Shown here in pieces: positions 30,141 to 40,200 of a stretch of 64,000 bases of DNA. Source of the stretch: Candidatus Heimdallarchaeota archaeon (GTDB lineage: Archaea > Asgardarchaeota > Heimdallarchaeia > Heimdallarchaeales > Heimdallarchaeaceae); the NCBI GenBank assembly GCA_030603365.1, contig JAUVXV010000002.1, forward strand, positions 64,001-128,000. Reading direction: 5' to 3'. The notes under the pieces were generated by a model. The model was not told the DNA's origin, searched no databases, and worked only from the letters and a program-made list of their open reading frames with translations. The translations under genes and the position numbers were made by a program. Numbering within the stretch: the first letter of the stretch is position 1; each line of letters starts with the position of its first letter.

Positions 30141-30185
30141 TTCTTTCACTATTTAAATGAAAGTTCCTATAATAAGGTGGACATG
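30141..30185 (+). promoter_or_regulatory. Cluster-type promoter 3 with CCT-W6-AGG inverted repeat (30166-30177)
   Basis: tatttaaatgaa-agttcctataataaggtggacatg. Confidence 0.6.
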
Positions 30186-30187
30186 GT

Positions 30188-30664
30188 ATGACAATTGAAC
30201 AAGACTTAGTCGAAAACTTAGCAAAAAAATGGGAATCAGAGGACAAAGTTGTGGTTAAAGAATTAACCATTCCCATCATTAATCAGATATATTATGATAA
30301 TTATTTGGAAGGTCGAGAGTATATCAGAATCGATCTTGCTGCATATGACAAGAAAACAGATGAGATTATATTTGTAGAAGCTGAAAATGGCTTATATCTA
30401 CAACATCCTCAAATCTATTTACCATTCTGTAATTCTCTTTACATCCTATGTCCTGAAGAGAAATCATCCTTTAGAGATGAGCAGATAGAATGGAGTATAA
30501 ATCAAGGAATTGGAATAATAGAACAGCTTCAAGAGGGAAAATTAATTGAGTCACTAACTCCTCAATCCAGAAGAATATTTCCAGCTGTTCAAGCTTACGT
30601 AAAATCTAGACTTTTCAAACGATTAGAGAAGGAGAGGAAGAAAAATGTCATCATTACTAACTAA
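30188..30664 (+). CDS. Small PD-(D/E)xK-fold nuclease-like protein (MmcB/Hjc-like)
   Basis: E.DL...VVKE...RIDLAAY...IIFVEAE...Q.YLPFCNSLYI...GIGII. Confidence 0.65.
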   Translation: MTIEQDLVENLAKKWESEDKVVVKELTIPIINQIYYDNYLEGREYIRIDLAAYDKKTDEIIFVEAENGLYLQHPQIYLPFCNSLYILCPEEKSSFRDEQIEWSINQGIGIIEQLQEGKLIESLTPQSRRIFPAVQAYVKSRLFKRLEKERKKNVIITN

Positions 30665-33600
30665 AAGAAAACCAAGTAAATTTGTAGGTTCAAGTAAGGC
30701 AGTTTACACAATAAGAAAAGGAGATGCGATTACACTTTATGCTGCATTTATTGTCAAACCCCACAAGAAGATTGTAGAAGAGGATAAGAAGAAGTGGAGT
30801 AATCGCTATTCAGATCCATCTAAAGAAGAAGAATCCCCTACTATTCTTGATATATTGAATCAAATTAAGAAACTAAAAACTTCAGTTCACAGAATATTTC
30901 TTCCTGGAAATGTAAAACGAAAAAACCCCAAACAAGAACAATCTAAAAAATCAAAGCATCACAATCCTCTACTTGATGAGCTTTTCGATGAAGAGAATAG
31001 AACTATTGATGTAAAACTAACTTTTTATCTACTCAAAGTTTGGAAAACGTTTGAGATCGGTGATACTTTCCTAACTGTTGATGATCTTGTAGAGGAGTTT
31101 GTTTCCCTTCTTAGAAATGATTTGAAACAGAAAGTAGAGAGTATAGGAAAAGTTGGGAGATTATTAGGTTCAACACTTGAGGAGCTAATTCTTTATAGTA
31201 CATTAGAGAAGAACAATTTCCTATCTTCAGGAAAGAAAATGTTCAGTGAACTAACAAAAGATTATTCCACAATTGAAAAAGAAGAAGAGTTTCTGAAAAA
31301 TTTCATTTCAGGACCAGCTGTAGACCAAAGACCTAAAGGAGCGTTTTCATTCCCAACAGGAATAGAATCGGATAACGATTATAGTATTGGTCAAGCTGAA
31401 AACGAGATTGAAATAGGATTACCTTCCCATGCATCTTTTCCAGTTCTGTTGGCCGGAGATAAGAAAACAAGAGAGATAATCACAAATAAATTACTTGATG
31501 GTAAGAAATTCATAGTTTTAGATCCTAGGATGAATCTTGAATTTAAAGACAGAATTGAATCACCTTCTGAAAATCTTGTCTTGGGTGAGAGTTTCAATTT
31601 TAATGTTCTTACTCCTGTTCTGAATGAGTATATTCCCGAAAATTTAGCTTCTCAATATTTAGGTAATTTCACAGATATAGTTAGGTTAGTAAGTGATGTT
31701 AGAGGAGACGGTGCTGTTCTTCTCAGAGATTTGTATGACTTCTATGTAAATGAATATCAGGATGAACAAGAAGATATTCTCTTTCCGAGAAATGATTTAC
31801 AGGTTTCTTTGAATGATTTATACACAATGTTAACTGTTGAACCTGGTGGGTTAGTTATAACAGATTATCAGCTGTCTACCATACGTTCTTTAATTAATGA
31901 AATTCGTGATCCTAGCATAAGTGAAACTACTAAAATCTTTGATAAAAAAGGTTTAGAGGAGCTATTTGCTTCAAGTAAAATTATTGATTTTAGTTCTCAA
32001 GGTTATAAAATTCAAAGATTGTTTATCTATTCATTTCTGTTGCAATTATCCATCTATGATCAGATATCAAAAGATGATGAAGAAATAATAATTTACATTG
32101 ATGATTCAGAGCTGTTTTTCTCAAGAGAGAGAGATACTAACATACTTGTTCACATCTTAAAGAAACTAGAAAACAGCAGATTCAAAATCATTCTTTCTAC
32201 ACCATATCCTTCACATTTATCTCCTGGAATATTTGATATGACCTATAATAGGATAATTGGTAACCTTAAATCAGCTAAATGTGTGAAATTAATTGCTGAT
32301 ACTCATGGTTTTGATAAGAACCAAATTGATTACTTGAGAAGACTTCCAAAGAACAACTTACTGCTTATTCGAGAGGATTTAACAGAGAAACCAATATTAC
32401 TTAATTTCTTTCCACAAGATGTTGAGAGATATGATACTCAGGTCATAGAGACTAGTAGATCTATCTCAAAGAAAGTTTCTATTTCTGCAGAAGAAAAAGA
32501 AAAATTATCTATTAACTACGAAGATTTTGCAAAACTTCACCCTATCATGAGAGTAGTTCTTGAGAAACTTTCTTCAAAAGTTAATCGGGGAATTAACACT
32601 GAATCTCTTCCTAATTTATTCACCCAATGGCCTAAAAATGAAGTAAAAGAAGCAACATCAGCTCTGGAAATGTTTGGATACATCTTCTTTGAATCAGTTG
32701 ATAAAAAAGGCAAAAAGGATGAATTTTGGACCAGGATTACCCCAAGAGGTAAAAAATTCCTTGAGAAAATAAAATATTCAAAATTACTAGAAAAACAGAA
32801 TAAACAGATTGAGATAGAAGAAACTGTTAAAGAAGATTTAGTTGGATTTGTTGAGAAACCAAATGTAGTTGAACTAAAAGAAAAAGATACAGAGGAACCC
32901 TTTATCAAGAAATTACAGATTATAAGAAAGATAATTAGAGAAACAAGAGATTCTGAAGATACACCTCTTGACAAGTTAGATATTCTCAATACATTCTTGG
33001 AACAAATTTCACCTTTACTTGGTGTTGATTATACTGAAGAGAGTATAAAACTTGAAAATTTTCTTATCTCTTTGAAAAAACTACTAGAGGAACAAAGTAC
33101 TGTTGATGATATTCCTAAGAAGATTCTATTACAAATATTCCAGAAAGCTCTATCACAAATAGATGGCATTCAAATCAAAGCTACCTATGGAGAAGAGACC
33201 ATTTCTAGTCAAGATGAAGAATTCATTAGCAAGATAATTGACAAAGAATTGAGTTCAGAAAAATGGCAAGAATTCGAAAGAGATATTTTCCTAACAGAGA
33301 TTCCTGAATTGTCAGAGATTTCTAAGGATAAAAAACAGATTGCAGATTTACTAAGTTCGGAATTTCCAGAGGAAGTTCTTCAAGGGTTAGAACTATCTTT
33401 AAAACTTCCAAAAGGAGAGTTTATTGAAATTACAAAGGATGCTATAGCTTCATTGTTACAGATAAAAACAACATTCTTCCCAAATATGAAATCAGAAGAA
33501 TATCTCGATGAGATCAATACTTTCTTTAAATCAACTGGTTATCCTGAACCTTATGAAGAAGCTCAGCAATTATTATGGGAATATTCTATTGTTGACAAGA

Positions 33601-33764
33601 AAGATTCTTCTAAGTCATCATATACTCAAAAAAACAGGAGAGAGATTGTTGAAAGTATTCAGAAGGAAACTGATGTTTTTGATTTCGATACGAGTGCTAA
33701 AAACAAGGATAGTCTTGTAAATCAGCTCAAAAATAACATCAGGAAAAGGATAAATAATGATTAG
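30645..33764 (+). CDS. Degenerate HerA/VirB4/FtsK-like P-loop protein with winged-helix and helical C-terminal region
   Basis: IG..IGLP...VLLAG(DKKTRE), FIVLDP, FNFNVL, IIYIDDSELF, IILSTPYPS in HerA order; LEMFGYI...ITPRGKKFL wHTH. Confidence 0.7.
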   Translation: MSSLLTKRKPSKFVGSSKAVYTIRKGDAITLYAAFIVKPHKKIVEEDKKKWSNRYSDPSKEEESPTILDILNQIKKLKTSVHRIFLPGNVKRKNPKQEQSKKSKHHNPLLDELFDEENRTIDVKLTFYLLKVWKTFEIGDTFLTVDDLVEEFVSLLRNDLKQKVESIGKVGRLLGSTLEELILYSTLEKNNFLSSGKKMFSELTKDYSTIEKEEEFLKNFISGPAVDQRPKGAFSFPTGIESDNDYSIGQAENEIEIGLPSHASFPVLLAGDKKTREIITNKLLDGKKFIVLDPRMNLEFKDRIESPSENLVLGESFNFNVLTPVLNEYIPENLASQYLGNFTDIVRLVSDVRGDGAVLLRDLYDFYVNEYQDEQEDILFPRNDLQVSLNDLYTMLTVEPGGLVITDYQLSTIRSLINEIRDPSISETTKIFDKKGLEELFASSKIIDFSSQGYKIQRLFIYSFLLQLSIYDQISKDDEEIIIYIDDSELFFSRERDTNILVHILKKLENSRFKIILSTPYPSHLSPGIFDMTYNRIIGNLKSAKCVKLIADTHGFDKNQIDYLRRLPKNNLLLIREDLTEKPILLNFFPQDVERYDTQVIETSRSISKKVSISAEEKEKLSINYEDFAKLHPIMRVVLEKLSSKVNRGINTESLPNLFTQWPKNEVKEATSALEMFGYIFFESVDKKGKKDEFWTRITPRGKKFLEKIKYSKLLEKQNKQIEIEETVKEDLVGFVEKPNVVELKEKDTEEPFIKKLQIIRKIIRETRDSEDTPLDKLDILNTFLEQISPLLGVDYTEESIKLENFLISLKKLLEEQSTVDDIPKKILLQIFQKALSQIDGIQIKATYGEETISSQDEEFISKIIDKELSSEKWQEFERDIFLTEIPELSEISKDKKQIADLLSSEFPEEVLQGLELSLKLPKGEFIEITKDAIASLLQIKTTFFPNMKSEEYLDEINTFFKSTGYPEPYEEAQQLLWEYSIVDKKDSSKSSYTQKNRREIVESIQKETDVFDFDTSAKNKDSLVNQLKNNIRKRINND

Positions 33765-35955
33765 TTTCACCTTAGATAATCCTGCTTTAACAAGCTTTCA
33801 GAAGAAATGTCTTAAAGCTTACAAAGAAACTAAAGATGTCCTAGTGATAGCTCCAAGTTCAGCTGGTAAGACCTACGTTACTGAACAATATCTATTGGAA
33901 TACTTTCAGTCTATTTACGGTAAATTCTTAGTTTCTCCCAGAAAATTTAAAGTTGGTTTTATTCTTCCTTACAAATCTTTAGCTATTCAGGAATATAACC
34001 ATCTAGAGACTCTTGTGAGTCATCGTGGTATCAAAACTCTTCTAGCAGTTGGTGGAGTTAACATAGATGAAGATGATGTAGCTGAAGCAAATATAATAAT
34101 TGGAACTTACGAGAAATTCTTAACTCTTGCTAAAAAGTTTGAAGTTCTCCAGAAATATCTTAGAATCCTAATAATTGATGAATTTCATTTTCTTGGATCA
34201 GATAGAGGAAGGGTTCTAGAAGAAATAATTCTTGAACGGAAGAGTAAAGAACAAAAGGCACAGCTGATTCTTCTCTCCTCTTCAATCTCCAATCCTTTAG
34301 AGATCGCAGACTGGTTAAATGTTTATCCTATAATTGAGAATGAGAGACCTATACCACTAGATTACAATGTTGAAATATCAGCTGATACTATCAAATTTAT
34401 TGAAAAAATAAAAGATAACAAACAAATTCTGGTTTTCACACATTCTCGTTCTGATTCTGAGTTTTTAGCAGAAAAAATGGCAATTAAGCTACCTGCAAAA
34501 AATGATCTTGAAATTGATGAGATGATCAAGGAAAACCTAGAGATAATTGAAGATTTGAAAACTAAGAAAATTCTTCAGCAAACTTTCTTTCCACCATTAC
34601 TTAAAAAATTGGTAAAGAAAGGAATCGCCTACCATCATGCAGGTCTATCTGACCTAGTTAGATTATTGATTGAAGATCTGTTCATAAATGGAGAGATAGA
34701 TATTCTAATTTCTACATCTACTCTTGCAGCTGGAGTAAATCTACCAGCTGATATATCTGTTTTTAATCTGAAGCATAATCGAATTAAAACAGAAAACAAC
34801 ATGGTCTTTCAAACTTTAGGTAGAGCGGGTAGACTAGGATTTAAGAATTATGGGAGAGGAATTGTTCTAGTTAAAAGCGAGAGGATGAGGAAGAAAACTG
34901 AAGAGAAATTCTTTGATTACTCACATGATAATACAGCCCGACCTATATATCATCCAATCGAAAGTAAATTTGGTGTCTATGATTATCTTTTGCAGTTTTA
35001 TTTAGACAGATTCTATCACCACAAACAAACATCTTCAAGTGAACTTGTTCATCTTCATGAGAAGATAGAAGATACATTATGGTATTATCAAAAGAGTTCG
35101 AAACTAATGAGGAACATAGTCGATTTTGAACTATTGCAAGCTCTTTTCTCCTCTGTTGATTCCAATCTAGAAACAGCAGAGATTATTGATTTTTATAGAA
35201 GGTTAGATAGAACCAATGATGTAAAAGAAAGAAAAATGGAAATAAAATCAATTGAGGGTCTAAATACTGCTGCAATCGTAGCTAATATTCGAGAACAATC
35301 AAAACTTTTCCAAATTTACCTTTCTCCTTCGAGAAGAAGCTGCACTTGTCAAAACAAACATTCTAATTTCATTTGCAAACATCAAAGATTTCTGTTGGAA
35401 TCTTATCCTGAAGGACAAGAGAGATGGTTGAACAATTATGGAATTCTAGATTTTCTTGTAAGAGAGGGATTTATAGTGAGGTCTTCTGGAAGTAATATTA
35501 ACCTAACTTATATGGGTAAACTTGCTGCAAGTCATTATATCCATCCCTATGATTTTCTAGATTATCTTGAATTCTGTGGCATTAACAAAGAACTAACCAT
35601 TACTCAATATTTGAAGCAGTTTATTACTAGAGATAAAAGAATAAAACAGGAAATAAAAGCGAATGAATTATCTTCATTACTTGCCATCAGACTTGCACAC
35701 GATATAGTCCAAGGGAAAGAAATCAAGGATATTTGCAAGAGATATAACATAAGTGATAGTTTTGTAGATGATTGGAGAGAAAACATCTTCAGATTCATGA
35801 AAATGTTTGAATCCTTAAACCATTTTATAGGTAAAAAAGAAGAAGCTGATAAAATTGCTTCGTGGATGGATACAAGTGAAGGATTCGCTGACTTAGAATT
35901 CTATAAACTGGAAAGAGACAGTAAGAAGAGCGTACGAGTTAAAGAGTATTCTTGA
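33757..35955 (+). CDS. Ski2-like (Hel308-related) SF2 helicase with SWIM zinc finger
   Basis: FQ, APSSAGKT, PYKSLA, TYEK, DEFH, HHAGL, STSTLAAGVNLPA, QTLGRAGR; CTC..x8..CKH. Confidence 0.9.
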   Translation: MISFTLDNPALTSFQKKCLKAYKETKDVLVIAPSSAGKTYVTEQYLLEYFQSIYGKFLVSPRKFKVGFILPYKSLAIQEYNHLETLVSHRGIKTLLAVGGVNIDEDDVAEANIIIGTYEKFLTLAKKFEVLQKYLRILIIDEFHFLGSDRGRVLEEIILERKSKEQKAQLILLSSSISNPLEIADWLNVYPIIENERPIPLDYNVEISADTIKFIEKIKDNKQILVFTHSRSDSEFLAEKMAIKLPAKNDLEIDEMIKENLEIIEDLKTKKILQQTFFPPLLKKLVKKGIAYHHAGLSDLVRLLIEDLFINGEIDILISTSTLAAGVNLPADISVFNLKHNRIKTENNMVFQTLGRAGRLGFKNYGRGIVLVKSERMRKKTEEKFFDYSHDNTARPIYHPIESKFGVYDYLLQFYLDRFYHHKQTSSSELVHLHEKIEDTLWYYQKSSKLMRNIVDFELLQALFSSVDSNLETAEIIDFYRRLDRTNDVKERKMEIKSIEGLNTAAIVANIREQSKLFQIYLSPSRRSCTCQNKHSNFICKHQRFLLESYPEGQERWLNNYGILDFLVREGFIVRSSGSNINLTYMGKLAASHYIHPYDFLDYLEFCGINKELTITQYLKQFITRDKRIKQEIKANELSSLLAIRLAHDIVQGKEIKDICKRYNISDSFVDDWRENIFRFMKMFESLNHFIGKKEEADKIASWMDTSEGFADLEFYKLERDSKKSVRVKEYS

Positions 35956-35970
35956 TTAGTTTTTCTTGGG

Positions 35971-36015
35971 TTTTCTTTAGTATATAAATGAATTTCCTTA
36001 TAATAGGTTGACATG
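35971..36015 (+). promoter_or_regulatory. Cluster-type promoter 4 with CCT-W6-AGG inverted repeat (35996-36007)
   Basis: ttttctttagtatataaatgaatttccttataataggttgacATG. Confidence 0.6.
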
Positions 36016-37203
36016 GCTGACAATATTGAAAATAGTGAGGAAAGTATACCCACTTCCACCAAGAAGAAAACCACCAAAAAGGCTGATTCTCTTCAAGAAT
36101 TCTTGGATGGTATTAAGGGTCTTTCTGACTCTATGAAAAAAAGAGTTCACAAGGTTTTAAACACTGAAGGAATAGTAGATCCCCGAGGTATCAAATCTTT
36201 TACTCAGAAACAGCTTCAACAGTTACCTGGAATCACAGATGTAACTGCTTGTTTACTATTAGATCAATTTAAAACTAAAACTGAAGGTAAGATTTTCCTT
36301 TCCTTAGAAGAAAGAGAAGAATTGGAAACCGTTCGCTCCAAAATCAAGACTGGTGCCAAAGCTTTGGATGATCTTCTCCAAGGAGGAGTTCCTACTGGTA
36401 CGTTTGTGGAATTATATGGTGCCCCTCAAAGTGGCAAAACTCAAATATGTTATACTCTAAGCGTCAATTGCTTACTTCCTGAGGAATACGGTGGATTGGG
36501 TGCTGGAGTTGTATGGTTAGACACCGAAGGTTCATTTAACAGCCAACGTATGAAACAAGTTCTTTCATATTACCAATATACTCACAACATTCCTGAGAAA
36601 CAAATCAATACAGACAAATTCATGGTTGCTAGTACTCGTTCTCTAGACCAAATAGAATTAGCTCTTAAAGAAGTTGGAAGATTTATCCCTCAAAACGATG
36701 TAAAACTACTGATTGTTGATAGTCTTATGGACCCTTTCAGAGCCGAATATGGAGGGTTAGGACAATTAGCTGATAGACAAAAACATCTCAATAGAGTACT
36801 ACATTTACTCATGCGAATCGCTTCAGCTTGGGACCTTGCAGTAGTGTATACAAATCAAGTTCAAGCTAATCCAGATCCATTTTCCACGGCTATGGATAAG
36901 ATTTTACCAATTGGAGGATTTGTTCTCGGACATGCGTCTGATATACGAATATGGTTGAGAAGAGCTACCTCAAAAATTCGAAAAGAACATGATGCGCCAA
37001 ACGCACGCCGCGCCCTCATTACTGACTGTGGTTGGTTGCCTATGCAAGAGACTCATTTCTCTCTTGGACCATTTGGTATTTGTGACGTTGACGAAGAAGC
37101 TAATCATCGCAAATTAGCTCTTGATATTGGCTATACTCTAGATGCTCCAGATAAAGAAGAAAAAGAAGAGGAAATCAAAACGGAATTTGCGTCTTTAGAG
37201 TGA
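36013..37203 (+). CDS. radA: RadA/Rad51-family recombinase, divergent paralog
   Basis: HhH N-domain (LQQLPGI), KTG...LDDLLQGG, GAPQSGKTQ, DTEGSF, LIVDS, FRAEY.G...RQ, TNQV, PIGG. Confidence 0.88.
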   Translation: MADNIENSEESIPTSTKKKTTKKADSLQEFLDGIKGLSDSMKKRVHKVLNTEGIVDPRGIKSFTQKQLQQLPGITDVTACLLLDQFKTKTEGKIFLSLEEREELETVRSKIKTGAKALDDLLQGGVPTGTFVELYGAPQSGKTQICYTLSVNCLLPEEYGGLGAGVVWLDTEGSFNSQRMKQVLSYYQYTHNIPEKQINTDKFMVASTRSLDQIELALKEVGRFIPQNDVKLLIVDSLMDPFRAEYGGLGQLADRQKHLNRVLHLLMRIASAWDLAVVYTNQVQANPDPFSTAMDKILPIGGFVLGHASDIRIWLRRATSKIRKEHDAPNARRALITDCGWLPMQETHFSLGPFGICDVDEEANHRKLALDIGYTLDAPDKEEKEEEIKTEFASLE

Positions 37204-37204
37204 G

Positions 37205-40200
37205 GTGAGAGATTTGCGTCGAGTTATTTTCCTTTTTGTTCTTTTACTATTCGTTCCCCAACCTGTGACTCAATTAGTATTCAATAGTTTAATTGAACCA
37301 TCTAGCATGGCATCTGATAGTAGCTATATTATTGAATACAATCCTGAAACCGACTATATCTTCGAGGATAAAATCATTCGCATTACCCCTATTTCTATTG
37401 AAGAATATGAGGAAAGTACAGCTAGTAATTCACCTTCTCCCCCTCATCTATCTCCTGGTATTTACCCTAGTTTAACTTCAGCAGCTGGTGATGCTTCTAC
37501 TCTTCGTAGAGGAGATATCCTTGATGCTTCTGCTTTAAGTGAATACGAACTCTTGGGTTATGTTCCAGTTGACAGGGGCTATCATTATTGGTATGATTTA
37601 CAACAGGTCGCAGGTGATGAAGATTCTTCTTCTTCAAGTATTACTGAGAACAAAATTGCTGTAGAATTCAACTCGATTGTCGATATTGATGTAATGGCTT
37701 TTTCCTTCAATTTATCTGACATCTCAATACCTATTGCTAACGTTATTAATTTCTATCTTGCAGATAATTTAAACGATTATCAAAACGATTATCTCATGTT
37801 TTCTGAAATTTCTTTTCACACATATAATTCTCAGAAAAACAACCCTAACGCTCCTTTATTATTCACCTTCTGGAATCATCCTTTAACTACCCCCATAGAT
37901 AATCAGATTACAGCTGATACCCCTTACTATGTTATTCTTGAGTCTTCAGCTGATTTTATGTTACAAACTTCTTCTGATCTTACTGGTTCTGATGATAATA
38001 GTGTTTATACCTTCGAAAGTAGTCTATGGAACGAACAAACTGGAATAGATATCGACATGGAGATCTATACTGGCTCTCTTGTTCAATCTTCAAGTTTAGG
38101 AGCAGATGGAGCTTCTAATCTCCTATATGATTCTTTATTTACAACTGGCGTTAATCTTAAAATTGTTGCTAATTACTATGACAGCTCTTTGCTATATGAT
38201 AGTTCTTCAGATTTCTTAGATATAATTATCTTGGATTCTTTTAATCCTGAATTTCTTTATCTTTCTACTCCTCCAACAGCTGAATATAATGATCAAATTC
38301 AACTCATAGCTCGAGTTGAAAATAGTCATCACCAGCCTCTTAGAGGAGAGTTGATTGATTTTTACGTTTCTGATGATAACCAAACTTGGTCTCTGCTAAC
38401 TCAAGCTTCTTCAGAAGAAGATGGATATGCAATATTATCCTATACAATTCTTGAATCATCAGGAACTAAGTACTTCAAAATTATTCTAGACCTTTTAGCA
38501 GCTTATAGCTCGACTACGCAAGAAAAGGAAACCATTCTAGTGAGTGCTCCACAGATCAATTGTGTATTTGGCAGTGCTGTAGGTTCGCATAATCTAGCCT
38601 TATTCCAACTGGCTGTTCAAGTTCAAGATAATGATGGTACTCCTATCGTTGATCATATAGTCTTATTCTTTATGCAAGGTATGATAGATCCTATTTTTAC
38701 CTATACAAATGAAACAGGATGGGCAACTACAGCTAACGGATATATTGGGTGGAACTTTGGATTTTATCCTAACTCTTATTGGGTTTCTATGTCTATGGAT
38801 GCGGGGTTGTATAATTATCCTTCAACCACTTATGGAGACATAAATATTAGTAAGAATGATATCAGTATTCAAGCTCAAGAAACATTACAAGGAATCTGGA
38901 ATGAACCTCTTGATATTTCACTTATCTTTACAGATGCAGAGAGTGATTTGATTTCGAATCTCAATTATGAAGTTGTTGTATTTAATAATGAAACTGGTTT
39001 GAATACCTCATTAGGTTTATACCAAACCAATGTAAATGGAGAAGGACTAATTTCCTTTACTGAAGGCTTTTTTGAACCTGGAGAATATATGGTTTTCATC
39101 AAAGTCAATGCGTTAAATTATATTTATTTAGAAAAAGCGATTCCATTATTGATAGAGAGCGACCAAGCTACAATATATGTAAACATTGTAGAGGATGTTT
39201 CCTACATTTATGGTTCCTCTGTTCATTTAGAAGTGTATGTTACAGATCATTTTGGAAACCCATTAGAAGATATTCAAGTACTTGTTCATGTTTCCTTACC
39301 AAACTACATAGATTTTTGGGATGACATACATGTTCTCAATACTAATTCTTCTGGATATGCAGTATTTGATTTAATTTTGAGTATGAATGTGGGAGATGTC
39401 CTAAATATACTCTTCACTACAGCTGGTTACTACAATGGAGATATTCTTTATTATAAGGGTGCAACACCATTTGTAGCTTATTTCACCTGCGTTCCAGCAC
39501 CCACTAACTTTGTAGATTTAGTAGATATTAGTTGTACCAATCAAGAAACAATTACAATTTCTGGAAGATTGTTCTCTAACGGGAATCCAATCAGCTCTCA
39601 AACTGTATGCATTTCTATTTTGGGAGAACAGTTTTTTGTTATTACAGACAGTAATGGTTACTTTACACTTACCTACCAGCTGAATGAAGGAGGTACTATC
39701 CAAGTAGATATTTTTTATGATAGTTCTACCAATTACCTTGATACCGATCAAACAATCTATCTTTACTGTGACCCTTGTACAATTACCCTAACAGGTGATG
39801 ATATTTATCATGATACAGCTGATCCTGTAACTTTTATCGTTCTGATTGAGTCCGCATATGGCACCAATCCTCAAGGTGTTGCTGTTGATTTCTACTGGTA
39901 TGATGGCGAAAACTGGATTTATCTTGACACGGTCTATTCTGATGTTTTTGGAGTTGTTATATTTACTCCCGGAATATCTTTTCCATTAGGGAATTATTTA
40001 TGGAAAGCAGAGGTAGCTTTGTCAGAAGACTGGGAACAAGCTGAGGTCATCAAAATTTTGAAAGTTGGTATTGATACTTCCATTGTTCTGTATACTCCAT
40101 CCACCGTTGAATATCATGAGACTATCACACTAACAGCTTATGTGACAGATGAACCAGGTAACCCAATTCTGGTCGAAGTAGCATTTTACATCAATCAAAT

